From: the human T2T-CHM13v2.0 reference genome, Homo sapiens
DNA: 64,000 nucleotides
Assembly: GCF_009914755.1 (NCBI RefSeq)
Contig: NC_060940.1
Strand: one strand, 5' to 3'
The position numbers and the translations under genes are program-made. Of this stretch, positions 25,136 through 37,955 are shown in pieces; position 1 is the first letter of the stretch, and each line of letters opens with the position of its first letter. Below the pieces are notes generated by a model, which had not been told where the DNA came from, ran no database searches, and saw only the letters and a list, made by a program, of their open reading frames with translations.

Positions 25136-27597
25136 ATACAATCAGAGTTAAATATGTGTATATATAAAAAATATCTTTAAGCTAGAGTCTCTTATCAGTG
25201 AGACTTTGGGCTCTACGTGCAGAGAGACTGGTTTACAACCAGTCAAGGGGCAGGGTGGGGATAGAATTCAGAACTTTAGAGATAATCTAACATTCTCAGA
25301 GACTAGAATTCTGCAGTGTTCTGGAACAATACCCCAAGGTCAAAAAGCTTTAACTAAATATTTGTATGATCAATAAATTGGTCTGATTTAAAATTAGCCT
25401 ATAAAGACATTTTTTAAAAGCAAATGCTTAACTTCAATACTACATGACAAGAGGGTGATATACAAAAAATAGTTACTATGTGGTTCTTGGCATCAAGCAG
25501 ATTAAAGTCTACTTTGAAATAAAGACCATAATAAGTAGTTGACCCCATAAAAATTAAGCAATAATGGGAAGAAGTTCAGAGGAACAGAAAATCAATTCAT
25601 GCTGAGATGATAATCAAATTATTGGTAAAAATGAAGATGCTGGTTAGGCATGTCCTTGGCTAGAGAAGGGCTCAGGCTTGCAGGTTTAATGACCTTTAGC
25701 TGAGACCACCCCACGTGTCCATCTGCCTCAGGATACTCTAAGTCTCGTGGCTGAAGCAAAGTCTTCCTTAAACAGGGCTTCCATTGGGCCATGCCAGCTA
25801 TTTTGTTTGTTTGTTTCCTCAAGACTTACCAGGCCCTATCTTCTGATTCCACCTTTGATCTTAGGTAGGTTAATTCAGTTAATATATTACTAATAACTGT
25901 CTACACTCTTTCTGCCCTCGATATCTGTTTCCTTCTGCTAACATTTTATGACTATTCTTTGTGGGTTAATTTCACATTTTATCTCCCAAAGGCAGCCCAA
26001 GTTCCCTCCTTTCCAGATGTCTTGGGCTCTCCCACCGTAGAGCATTGGTGCTGCCTATACTGTTGTTCTTGATTTCAGAGAACGTTCTACATCATACAGA
26101 TGCTTACGCTTATTAAACTACTGATTTAAGTTGTTGCAGGTTTTGAGTTACCACTGGCTTTTGACTCAGTTGAAAAAAAACAAAGAATGGTCCAGGGTGA
26201 GAGAGGTGTGTAAATTGACTCCGTGAGGACTCTAGGAACTGATCTTTGACTTCCTCGCCAGCCTCTTTGCCAAGCCCAAATTCATCATCATTGTGAAGTA
26301 GCATTGGGCCATGTTTAAGAAGTTTTCTATAAGAATTTATTTTGGATTAATAGCAAATAATTGCAGCTGAGTCAGCATTAAAGACATGTTATATCAGACT
26401 GTGTCTGCTAGTTCAGAGGATGCTGCTTCTCGGATGGGACTTAGCTGAACACGTGTTACACCTCTGGGGAAGTGTCTACAGCATTGTACCAAAAAACACA
26501 GAAAACAGGCCACTGAAACAAACACCAGCAGACATAGCATTGGCAGGATCTAACAAGCAGGTTTTCCTGAAACGTCATTTTGACAGGGTTATAGTCAGGT
26601 GGAATCTCTTAACTGCAGTGGTCACCTGGTGCTTCGTTCTTTGGTGCACAGAGAGGGGGCTGCAGAGGATTAACATGGAAGAAGCAAGCACTCCCCCTCC
26701 GTTGTTACCCCTCCCTGCAAGATCCTGAAGCCCTGATTCTTTCCCCATCATTATATCCCTTTTCAGGAACGGAAATGTCTTCTGCAGAGCCAGCCCATTC
26801 CCTCTGGTGCTGGTCTCAGGGGAAGTACAGCATCTGGCTCCCACCCTCCATCTAATTACCCATCTGTTTGTGGGGAGGGAAGGGATGTTCTATTCCCCTT
26901 CTCTTCCCAAACATTTTAATGTGCTGATGCATGAAGACGACAGCAGCTGCACCTCAGAACCCATCCTTTGTGCATCACACTCACTGGCTTAGCTTTTCTG
27001 TTCAGTTCTTGGATGGGCCTCTTTATAGCTAGAGACCCACGTCTCTAACTCCTCCTCATCCTGACTTAGTACAACCCTGGCCCTTGCATTAGACTGCTCC
27101 AGATTCCATGTTGCTCTCTGATTCAGCATCATCAAGCCTCAGCGGGGTGCCTGAGACCCCCTACCTTTAGGGAGGGGCAGGGATTTCCCTGCTCTGCTCT
27201 TGGCCTAGGGCTTCTATCAGCTCCAGCAAAGAGACCATGGAGAGCGTAGCCTTTCATCGTAATCTCCCAACCTTTACTCAGCTAATGGCCCCTTTGGTTA
27301 TTTCTCTCTCACTCTGGAAGCCATGTTTAGAAAGAGCTGATATACTGAACAAATTGCACTTAATAAATATTCACTTATTTTCCCTCTTTTTAAAAATTAA
27401 TCAAGTTCTTTGTAAGGAAGAAAAACGTATTAGTCTTTGACAAATGAAACTACCAATCTCCATTGATACCTACGTTGATAGTATTCAAGCCCCAAACAAA
27501 CACTTCTTAGCTGGCTCAGATGATCTGGTTAAGGGGAACTTTGTCAGTTTAGTTCAGCTTTGTGAAATACTGAAGGATTTCAGACCACTATTAATAC

Positions 27598-27850
27598 CTG
27601 AGTAAAGTGGTTAAGAGAATAACTTTGGACATAGAGACAGATGGGTTTCATTTGGCCACATACTAGCTACATGACCTCGGGCAAGTTTCTGAACTTGATG
27701 CGGCTCCATTTCTTCATGGGTAAAATTGGGGTAATTATACTATTGATCCTGTAGGATTATCCTGAAGATAGAATGCATAATGTTTACAAAGCACTTGGTA
27801 CAAAGAGGCATAAAGCAAGAAGTGAGTAAATGTTAACTGCTGCTATCTTT
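27598..27850 (+). mobile_element. MIR
   Basis: agtggttaagag...catgacctcgggcaagtttctgaac...taaaattggggtaatta...gtaaatgttaactgctgct. Confidence 0.85.
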
Positions 27851-27969
27851 ATTCCCGTCATTTTAATCATCACTATCAATTATCATCACAACCCAAGTGG
27901 CTCAGGGATGGAGAGACCCCAACTAGGACCCTCTCTCCATTCTAGGGGAAACATTTATTCAACTCAACT

Positions 27970-28400
27970 GTGGCCAGAACTCATAGTGAATCTCGCTATA
28001 GTCATCCTCCGTTTTGCAACAGCAGATTTTGCTGGGCTCGTGGTCACTCAGCTAAAGACTACTTTCTCCAGCCACCTTGCATCTAGGTATGACCATGGAA
28101 CTGGGTGATGGCCACTAAGACATGAGTGAGCGTGATGTTAGCACATTAATCCATGCCTTTGAAAGGCAAGAAGTCTATTTTCCCTTCCTGTTTTTCCCTT
28201 CTTCAGCTGAAACGCAAACGTGGTGGTGAATCATCTTGAATTAAGCTGAAAAGGGTAACATGGAAGAGATGGCATGGCAACAGGATGCATCCCCAATACC
28301 ATCAAGCCACCATTCCAATTCTGGACTGCCAACCTAGACTCTTAAATAAGGGAGAAAAAAAGTCCTTTTTGCTTTAAACTACTGAATCTGATATCACCTA
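27970..28400 (+). mobile_element. MLT1J-like LTR
   Basis: cagctaaagactactttctccagccaccttgcatctaggtatgaccatg...ctggactgccaacctagactctt. Confidence 0.75.
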
Positions 28401-29465
28401 TTATAACACCATGGTGTATCGTAAAAACACACCAAACAACTATTTTCAAAATAGATGTGATACTTCTCCCCAGTTATACAACTTCTGGAAGCAGGAAGCC
28501 ACTGCATTCCCCCACCCAGCTTGTCATGGTTTACTTCTGATTGGATATAACTAGATGATAACAGGGATCACGCTGCATCCATTGAGGAGAAAGATGATTC
28601 AACCCTCTCGCGGGCTGCTGGGGAATCGATATCGTTTAATTATGAGAAAGTAAACTGTGTTTACATTTTACACAGTGGCAAGAGGAAGGTCAAATCACAA
28701 TCCTCATACCCTTTATCAAAACCATGCATCGCTGTTTGTCAAGTGAGATTCAAAATGGGATGAACTTGGAGAGTTGCCATCTTCCTGTTTTCTCCCTTGT
28801 TTGTTCATATGGCTGTGCTTTACAAGATTAAAAGGCTTACCGGGCAAAAGCATAGCAGAAGGAAGTAAAACCTTCGGGCAGATGAAATAATTCTTCCATT
28901 TTAGGAAAAAAAGGCAATTAGTTATTTGAGGTTTTCTGGGTGGGGCAGTGAGTAGAAGGTCATTATGTTCCTTTCCTGTTGTATATCGAAAATCAGTTGA
29001 GAAGTAATGAAAATGGTAAGAAAAAGAAAAAAAAAGAGTAAACCCTCTTCCTCTCCCAGTGGCCTCTACCCCATGACTCATCAGCTTCCTGAACTGGAAC
29101 AACACTGAGCTTTATGACTACAGAAATGTCAGCTCTGAGCACAGTGCATACTTCTTTGTGTGAAGATCTTAGGCGGTTGTGCAAAAGCCAGCCCAGGACC
29201 CAGCATGGTCCTGCTTTATCTCTCTGCCGGGCTAGTCTCCATGTTCATTAGAAATGTGTGATTTCTTGACAAGCACTCTTTGGATTTGCTGCAGAGTCAG
29301 GTGATACATTGAAATCAGCAAAAACATTAATGATAGCAACAACAAAAACGACCTTGTTTAAGTTTTACGCCTTATAAGGGGGCAATGTTAGCCTTGTAAT
29401 AAAAATGAGGTAACTGCAACTTGGAAATATTAGGAAATTTATTTAGGATATCTTAGAAAATCATA

Positions 29466-30000
29466 ATGAGAGTGATGATGATGATGATGGTAGTGATGAT
29501 GATTATGGTAATGATAACTATAGTGATGGTGATGACGATGGTGATGGTGGGGGTAATGGTGATGGTGATGGTGGTGATGATGATAGTGATGGTGATGGTG
29601 GTGATAGTAATGATTACGGTGGTGGTGATGATGATTCTAGTGATGGTGATGCTGATGGCGGTGATGGTGATGTTGATTATTATGGTAATGATAATTACGA
29701 TGGTGTTGTTGATGATGGTGGTGGTGGTGGTAATGATGATGGTGATGGTGGTGATGATGATGATAGTGATGGTGATGGTGATGATGGTGATGGTGGTGAT
29801 GATGATGATGATGATAGTGATGGTGATGGTGGTGATGGTAATGACGGTGGTGATGATGGTGATGGTAGTGGTGGTGATGCTGATGGTGGTGATGGTGGTG
29901 ATGATGGTGATGATGGTGATGATAGTGATGGTGATGATGGTGGTGATGTTGATGGTAGTGATGATGATAATGATGGTAATGGGTGGTAAAGATGATAATG
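29466..30000. repeat. ~530-bp degenerate (GAT/GGT)n trinucleotide repeat
   Basis: Continuous gatggtgatgatggtg pattern, directly visible. Confidence 0.97.
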
Positions 30001-30515
30001 CCTTACTCTAGGCTAGATATTGTGCTAAATATTTCACTGACAAGCAAATGTGTAAACTCACAGTGCTCAGTATTGTGATTGACCCTAATACGTTTTCACT
30101 AATTGTTGGCTTCAGGGCTAGGACTAGAGTGAGGTGAATGAGGTACTCTCTTTGGGTCCAAATTTAAAGGGATACGAAAAATCTCAGTAATTAAAGTAAA
30201 TAATATTTAATGCAATATTTTATAAAAATAAAAATTAGTGCAAAAATCCATGGTAAACAAAATGTCAACATTTTAAATAAAGGTTCTGTACATGCACAAT
30301 ATATTCTATTTACCTTCCCCTAATCCCACCCAGTTGTCTCAGCTAATGGCAATCTTATTTTATACTTGATGAAACAAGCCTGAGCCCAGGTTGTTCTTAT
30401 CCCTGTTCTATAGGTGAAAATACTGGGCACAAGAGATTTTTCCACAATCACATAGCTAATATATGGAAAAGCTGGGATTTGAGCTCAGCTATATCTAACA
30501 TAGAAGTTCAGCAGT
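30000..30515 (-). mobile_element. MIR (reverse) interrupted by a hAT element
   Basis: tattgtgctaaatatttcac tail at ~30020. Core tatccctgttctataggtgaaaatactggg...gctgggatttgagctcag at 30400-30500. Confidence 0.6.
30113..30333 (+). mobile_element. hAT-Tip100 non-autonomous element (MER96-like)
   Basis: cagggctaggactagagtgaggtgaatgaggtactc...aaatttaaaggg...ctcagtaattaaagtaaataatatttaatgcaatattt, with a degenerate inverted end ccctaatcccaccc. Confidence 0.7.
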
Positions 30516-30684
30516 CTATCTGGCTTCTAAGGTAAGTTTCTGTCACAACATTAAATATTCAGTATCATTTTCTGGGCTATTTTTAAATGGTAGGGAGTCA
30601 AAGAGATTAACTACCAGTTGCAGCTCTTATCAGGCCAACAATATCAGCTAAGGTGAATCTGATACTAGTAGAACTCTAAGAATG

Positions 30685-30875
30685 TGCATTTATTAAGTCA
30701 CTCATATAAATAATATATTTAACCTACTTAGAAACTCTGTATAGAAGATATCAGTGTTGTATTTCATAAATAGAGAAAGAGAATCTCAGAGTTGAGCACT
30801 CACAGTCATGGTCAATTCATGGCAGAGTTGGTGACCAGCTCAAATTTTCTAGGTTGACATAATCCTGTCCTTTCT
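30685..30875 (-). mobile_element. MIR
   Basis: tttcataaatagagaaagagaatctcagag...atggcagagttgg. Confidence 0.55.
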
Positions 30876-31453
30876 ATGGCTTCAAAGCCATCCACGTTTG
30901 TCTCTTGATCCTGGAACTTTTTATATTTCGTCATACAGACCTTCCTAAGATCCTCACTTTGCTTGTATCATTTTCCCTAGAATAACTATTTTCTAAAACG
31001 CATTAATGCATTGATTTTAATAACATCTTGTGTCTTATGTAATTTTAAAAATCAGCATATATTGACTGAAGACATTTTGACAAAAGAGAAAGAAAGAACA
31101 TAGCAAAAAAGCATTTCCAACTTTCATAAATAAGCAAGAGTATCACTTTCGTGAAGTTCTTTTCTATTTTGTTTTGTCCTGTTTTTTTATAGTGACATGT
31201 AACTTTTTCTTTTTCTGGACAGCCTGTCCTCTTGGTGATAATAAAGCATGATGATAAAACAAATGAGATCTCACTACTAGACTTTTCTGTCCAGGAAATA
31301 CTCTTGACTTCATCTGTCCTCACCTCTGCTTGGACCTTGTTTCATCCAATACCTCATGCCACTCTCAGCTTTCCAATTTAGATCCTTCTCTTGGGTCATT
31401 CTCCTCTGCTATGAATTAGCAGACATTGATCTTGTCCTCTGACAAGTAGTTAT

Positions 31454-31601
31454 CAGCAGTTATTCATAAATGGATTTAGTATGTTCCATATCCTTAGAAT
31501 AACATATACATATAAGCAAAAATTAAATATAATCTTAGGGGTTTCACAGGCTCCCCTAAATCTCATTCATGTACGCCTTAAGCCTGACTTAAGAAACGCT
31601 G
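31454..31601 (-). mobile_element. hAT-Charlie relic (MER117-like)
   Basis: aatcttaggggtttcacaggctcccctaaatctcattcatg...ttaagaaacgctg. Confidence 0.5.
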
Positions 31602-31699
31602 CCATGTAATTTCCCCTTGATCCTTTTTTTTTTTTTTTTTGCAGATACTGCCCCTTCTCATTTTTAACTTTCACCAACACTTTTCTTGTTAAAGAAGCT

Positions 31700-32055
31700 T
31701 TCATTCTCTGCCGCTGTAATTTTCCTTACGCACATGAATATTTATCTTAATCAAGTTTCTCCTCCCAAGAACATCCCTTCAGACACCAAAACGCGTATTC
31801 TTCCACGTTCCATCAGCAGAAACTTTCCTTCATTTGATACTTGAAGTCCATCGCTCTGGTGAAAGCATCCCTCTTCTTGTTTTTCATTATGTTACATTCT
31901 TTGGACTTGTCCTCTTATCTATGTACCTTGTAACTTCCATTTAGCCCTCTTTTCTCTTTCAACTTCCTTATTGTAGATACTCCTTAATGTTACTAGCATT
32001 TAAGTTGTTTTTTTCCCCCCTCCTTTGTCAGTCCCAAAGCTCCTATGGCTCAACT
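31700..32055 (+). mobile_element. L2 internal relic
   Basis: Pyrimidine-rich tract with L2 ORF2-like motifs (catttgatact..., ccttattgtagatactcctt, tcctatggctcaact). Confidence 0.5.
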
Positions 32056-32219
32056 GTTGGTGCACATAACCTTAGGGAGGTGATTTGAAGAAATTTTACC
32101 GAAATGTTGTATGACAAACTCCCAATAACAGGATTTAAGAGAATACCACTTGTTCTTACCCCTTCAGTTCTCTTAACAGGGAAGAAATATCATAACCACA
32201 TAACACATGTTTATATATA

Positions 32220-32492
32220 TAGATATGCCCTTACATCAAAATAAATTCTTGATGATACCAAGATACGTGTTCAAGGCAACCATAAAACACTGGAAAAAAA
32301 TCAATCAGAGGTGAATTTTTTCTTATCTTATGGTCAGGCAGAGTTTAAGCATGACACCAAAAGTTAAAATAAGCTGAAAATTGATATCATTGGCTACATA
32401 AAATTTTAATGCTTCTGTACAATAAAAACTGTATAAGTATTAAACAAATGACATGTTTAAAAACACAGTTTGCACTATATATTCCGAAGGGC
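32220..32492 (+). mobile_element. Old L1M ORF2 fragment
   Basis: aaaataaattcttgatg...taagcatgacaccaaaag...aattgata...ctacataaaattttaatgcttctg. Confidence 0.7.
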
Positions 32493-32629
32493 AAGGACCC
32501 CTCTCCAGCAGCTGTCGTCCAGCACATATTTAACGTTTCCATATATCTCTGTCCTCATCAATAAGATGAGGCTAATGACGCTGCCTCTGCGGTCCTTCTA
32601 AGAAGCAGATGGGATAAAAGAGTGTGCAC

Positions 32630-32849
32630 CAGTAGCTCTAAACCCGGGACAATTTCACCCCCTGAGGGCATTTGGCAGTGTCTAATGACATTTTTGGTGG
32701 TCATGCTGGGGGATGCTGCTGGCATCTTGTGGGTAGAATTCAGAGATGCTGTTAAACATCTTGCAATGCTTAAGACATCCATGCAGAACAACAACAACAA
32801 AAAAATATCCTGCCCAAAATGTCAATAGTGCTGTGGCTGAAAAACCCTG
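32630..32849 (+). mobile_element. MER20
   Basis: gcatttggcagtgtctaatgacatttttgg...gctgctggcatcttgtgggtag...cccaaaatgtcaatagtgc...aaaccctg. Confidence 0.9.
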
Positions 32850-32982
32850 GTCTATACAGGGTGGAGGATGTTGCGGAGCGTTTGGTACCTGGTAAGTGCT
32901 CAGTAAATGTCAGTCATTTTTACATCTTATTGGGCAATTCTATGTAAATGCCTTGTCCCTAGGAATATCCACAGGTTTAGCT

Positions 32983-32984
<2 letters not shown>

Positions 32985-33029
<45 letters not shown>

Positions 33030-33311
33030 AGACAGAGTTTTTCCTCTTGTTGCCCAGACTGTAGTGCAAAGCTGCGATCTCGGCTCGCTGCAACCTCCAC
33101 CTCCCAGGTTCAAGCAATTGTCTTGCCTCAGCCTCGCGAGTAGCTGGGATTACAGGCGCCCGCCACCACGCCCAGCTAATTTTTTGTATTTGTCGTAGAG
33201 ACACGGTTTCACCATGTTGGCCAGGTTGGTCTCACTACTGACCTCAGGTGATCCACTCACCTTGGGCTCCCAAAGTGCTAGGATTACAGGTGTGAGCCAC
33301 CTCACCCGACC
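32985..33311 (-). mobile_element. AluSq-like with T44 tail
   Basis: cttgttgccc diagnostic; pure T tract 32985-33028. Confidence 0.93.
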
Positions 33312-33322
33312 CCAAGGTTGTC

Positions 33323-33642
33323 TCTTTTTTCTTTTCTCTTTTTTTTTTTTTTTTGTTTTGTTTTGTTTTTTGAGAGGGAGTCTCGTTCTGTTGCCCAGGC
33401 TAGAGTGCAGTGGCGCAACTGCAAGCTCCGCCTCCTGGGTTCACGCCATTCTCCTGCCTCAGCTTCCCAGGTAGCTGGGATTACAGGTACCCGCCACCAT
33501 GCCCGGCTAATTTTTTGTATTTTTAGTAGAGACAGGGTTTCACCGTGTTAGCCAAGATGATCTCAATCTCCTGCCCGCATGATCCGCCCGCCTCGGCCTC
33601 CCAAGGTTCTGGGATTACCGGCGTGAGCCACCGCGCCTGGCC
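33323..33642 (-). mobile_element. AluY-like with ~10-bp deletion
   Basis: gcaagctccgcc, cacgccattc and caccgtgttagcc diagnostics. Confidence 0.92.
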
Positions 33643-33719
33643 ATTTATCTGTTAAGGACAGAACATGACTTGAGGGACAGCTTACTCATTCTATGCCTAT
33701 TTGCTTTTCTCTCTTTCCT

Positions 33720-34000
33720 CAGCGCTTTTCACTCTCAGCTACCCCTTCCAAACCTCAGCTGATTTTACTACCATTCAGATGTATCACTTGTCTCCTGAAA
33801 AACACATAGAGCTTCCTTTGTGAATTCTTACTGCTCTACTTACCTGCTTTTAATCTGTTTATGTGAGAATGTTGTCAAGATCTTCTAGTAGATCGTAAGT
33901 CCCTTGAAGAAAAAGATGACTTTATATTTATTCCAAAAAACCCCTGTGGTGACCACACAGCATAGAAATCTGCACAGAGCAGGCAAGTAACTTACGTTTG
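33720..34000 (+). mobile_element. L2 fragment
   Basis: ctagtagatcgtaagtcccttgaag resembles the L2 3' region. Confidence 0.5.
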
Positions 34001-34764
34001 CTTCGCAATTCCATCTTCTTAAGTCGTTCTTGCAATTGAGAATGCATTTCTAGCCTTCTATTGGAGCTGCTTAGCACAAGTAGTGTTGCATTGGTGTGAA
34101 TTCCTCCAACCCATTTAAATGAGTTTATTGTGCATTCAAGTGAGGGTTATTCAGCATGTTCAAGCAAATAGTGACCAATAATGATAATGGATATTTTTTC
34201 ATCTCTTCCTGCTCCAATGGGCCAGTATTCAAAATGCCATTGCTCACATGAAAACAGAGCTGCCAGACCGTGTCCAGGGCCTCAGCCAGGGAGCTGCCAC
34301 TTTCATTTTAATTTAAGAAAAAGAGAAATTGACTGGGAGGTATTTATGTAAATCAGTAGAGTTCTAAGGAGTTATCTGGCAGCCATGTTAATGGATGTGC
34401 CACTCTGAGAAGCGAATCTCGCATTTTGCTTCTCTTGTCAGAAGGGGTTCTGTGTGACCATTTACACCTACGGATGATTGGCTGTGACCCAGAGGACATT
34501 TGATGTAAAGGATATTTTGTGCATGTCAATGAGTCCTGTCCAGGTGGTGGGATACAGGCTCGAGACACATGTTGGAGAAGATCACTTTTGACTGCTGGGG
34601 AGCTATGGGAAGCCCTTCCAAATGGGCAGAATGTGCAATTACTATCTCAGTAAATTTGTCTCAGGAGAGCTGTACACCTCAGGAACATCATATCATAGAA
34701 AAGGGAAGACAAAAAAGGAGCTCACCTTAAAAGTTCCAACCACATTCCAGGGACTGTTTGTATT

Positions 34765-35670
34765 TGACTCATTCATTTATTCAACAAATGTGAACTGAGC
34801 ACTTCAACGTGCCATACTGTCTTCTAGGCACTGAAGATACAACAGTGGATATGATGGGTTGAATGTCGGCCCCAAAAAGATATGTCCACATCCTAATCCC
34901 TAGAACCTGTGATTGTGACCTTCTTTGGAAAAAGGGTCTTTGAAGATGTAGTTAAGAATCTGATAATGAGAGGAGCCTGGATTATCTGGGTGAGCCCTAA
35001 ATCCATTGACATGTGTGCTTTTAAGAGACACACAGAGGAACAACACTGCAGGAGGAGGAGAAGGCCATATGAATACGGAGGCAACTCTTGGAGTGATGTG
35101 GCCTCAAGCCAAGAAACACCTGGAGCCACAGGAAGCTGAAAAAGGCAAGGGGTGGAATCTCCTCTAGAACCTATGGAGGAAGTGTGGTCCCATCAACATC
35201 TTGATTTTGCAGCTTCCAGAACTGCTAGAGAAAAATTTCTGTTGTTTTAAGCCACAAAGCTTATAGTTTGTTATAGCAGCCACAGGAAATTAATACAATA
35301 GGCTAAACAGACAAAAATCCCTGCCATTGTGATGTGTTCATTCTCGCTTGGTGCAGACAGGCAATAAACAAATAAAATGTATTCAATGTTGGGTTGTGAT
35401 CAATGTAACACAGTAACGAAGCAGAATAAGCGGGGAAGAGGTTTGCTTGTGAGTGGCATGATCATCAGGAAAGATGCTACTGAGAAGGGGCGTTCAGAGA
35501 CTGGGAGGAGGTGAGGGAATGTGCCGTGTAGGTATGTGGAGGAAAAGCTGTCTAGACAGAAGGGAATGAAACTGCAAAGGCCGTGACACTGGAGTGTGCC
35601 TAGTGTATTGGAGGAGATATAAGGCAGCAAAGGCTGACAAGACCAGATTATTTAGGGCTTTTACTTCAAT
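34765..35670 (-). mobile_element. L2 interrupted by MLT1C
   Basis: cattcatttattcaacaaatg...ctaggcactgaagatacaacagtg resumes after the LTR as aacagacaaaaatccctgcc. Confidence 0.85.
34850..35297 (+). mobile_element. MLT1C solo LTR
   Basis: gggttgaatgtcggccccaaaaagatatgtccacatcctaatccctagaacctgtg...gcagccacaggaaattaataca. Confidence 0.88.
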
Positions 35671-35689
35671 TTACCCATTGACTTAACAC

Positions 35690-35880
35690 TTATCTATTGA
35701 GCATGTACCAAATATATTGTTTTACGACATTCTTGCAAAAGCCTGGAGAGGTAGGTAACAAAATTCCCACTTTAAAGAGGAAAACACTGAATACTGGTCC
35801 AGCATGACTCAGCTCATATGTGGTGGTACTAGAATAGGAATCTTAATTTGATGCCAACCCCAGTGTCCTTTCCCCAACAC
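35690..35880 (-). mobile_element. MIR
   Basis: ctattgagcatgtac...gagaggtagg...cccactttaaagaggaaaacactga. Confidence 0.65.
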
Positions 35881-37112
35881 TGGAATGACTTATGTAAATA
35901 TTTATCTCATTTGTAATTTGTCTGTGTGTTCAGTCCCATATGACAGTCTTGATAAGCCCAGCTGGCCTCTGAGGCCAATGCAAATATATTTTGAGCTGAG
36001 AATTGCTCTTGGGCGGTGAGAGGACTGTAGTTTGGAAAAGGTCAAGGGCTGTGGATTGCCGTCTCTCATGGTGTCTTCAGAATGTTTCAGTAGCTTTGTG
36101 ACTCCAGGTAGCATTGCATTGATAATTTATCTATTTAACTGGCTTAAGTGGGTTTTTTTTTTTAATTTTCTATCTCAAAAATCCAGGCTCATAAATAGGG
36201 ACAGTATGGAAAATGCTGTATAGGGAGAATAAATAAATGTATAATCAGGTTAGTAACATATTATCATTGATGCAGCTACTGAGCAAGGAAAAGCAAACAA
36301 AGAAGGAGCTTTATTTCATACCCAAGCAAGTATAGCTCAATTGCAAACCTCTCAGACTTGAATATATCACATTGGTCAGTGCATATCATGTCCTGGAATG
36401 TTACAGAAAGCAGTAATGGAGAGACAGGTGGATGAACTAAAACTTAACTTACCTCTCTCTTCACATAGCATTAGAGCACAGAGAAGATTACTACGACCCT
36501 TGGGCATCTGTGACTACTCCATTCAAAGGTTCCTTAGAATGTTTGCTGGAAGCAGTTACAGAAATGTGAACAGGGCTTAACCAGTGTACTCCATACCCTA
36601 AATAATTCTGTATAAATAAGAGCTTACATATCTATGATGCCTCTCTGTCACTTCTTTTATATTCTCCTTTAGTTTGTTTTGGGGAAAATTCTAAGTGGAT
36701 TTGCTCCATGTAAATACTGTACTTCCTTATCGTATTAACAAAGGAAGAGGTAGGAGAATCAAGACAATCGAATGTGTCAGACTAAAGTAGATAATAAATG
36801 CTCTTTGGGAAAAAAATATTCTCAGTCAATGACAGGGAATTCTGATTTGATAAGGAAATTTTCTTGGGTTAATGAATGCAACTGTAGAATACTGAGTCCG
36901 ACCAGCAGAAACCTACAGCCCCAGGCCAGCTGAATCCCATTCCTTATACCGTGAGTATCTGTGTTCCCTTGCAGCGGGTTTTGTAGGAGTCAGGGATAAA
37001 GATAGGGAAGCAGGAGGAAAGGGTCATAGAATGCTGCCAAAGGCTCTGGAGGCTCAAAAGGAAGAACTTTGAATTCACAAAACACTATGCCAGCTCAGAC
37101 CTGGGCATCCAA

Positions 37113-37955
37113 ATCAGTTAGGATATTGGCTAACAGCTGTAATAAAGAATGCTACAAAAACAGAAGCTTAAACCAAATAGAATTATACTTCTTCCTCATA
37201 AACCACTCCAGGGCAGCAAGGTAACTCTTCTTTTGAATGTCATGCAAGGACCCCTGTTTTGTTTTGTTTTGTTTTGTTTTTTTCCCAAGACTGAGTCTCA
37301 TTCTGTCACCCAGGCTGGAGTGTATTGGTGTGCTCACTGCAACGTGTGCCTCCCAGGTTCAAGCGATTCTCGTGCCTCAGCTTCCCAAGCAGCTAGGACT
37401 ACAGGTGCCCGCCACCACACCCAGCAAATTTTTTGTCTCTTTAGTAGAGTTTGTCTGTGTTAGTCAGGCTGGCCTCAAACTCCTGACCTCAAGTGATCCG
37501 CCCACCTCAGCCTCCCAAAGGGCTGGGATTACAGGAGTGAGCTACTGTGCCACCCAGCCAAGGACTCATGTTTTGAAAAGGCTGTGGATTATCATCTCAC
37601 ATTATGTCTCCAGCAAGTTACAGCAGCTTTGTGATTCCAAGTAGCATGGATGGAGATGGCACTTGTCATCCCCAGGGTGGTATCCTCATTCCTACCTCCT
37701 GCACCATAGCCAGGCTGTAGGAAACAGACTGGGAGGAACAGGAGAAGAGCATCTTCCTTTTAAAGGACATTGACTAGAAGTTTCTCCTAATGCTCCCTTT
37801 CATTCCCTGTTGAGCAGAGCTGAGTCACATGGCTATGGCCCGCTGCAATGGAGGCTGGGAAGTGTAGTTTCTAACTAAGTAGCCAGGTACCTGAATAAAA
37901 CCCAGAGGGTAGGAGATGAGATTCTATTATTACAAGAAGACACAATTTCTGCCAG
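37113..37955 (-). mobile_element. MLT1J-like LTR interrupted by an Alu
   Basis: tcagttaggat...gcttaaaccaaatagaa...gagtcacatggc...gctgcaatggaggctgggaagtgtagtttcta. Confidence 0.75.
37257..37559 (-). mobile_element. AluSz-like
   Basis: Full Alu in reverse. TSD aaggacccctgtttt/aaggactcatgtttt. Confidence 0.93.

Noticed and set aside
29466-30011. 181-aa Met/Val-rich ORF resembling a membrane protein
   Set aside because: It is the in-frame reading of a GAT/GGT simple repeat, with no promoter or splice context.
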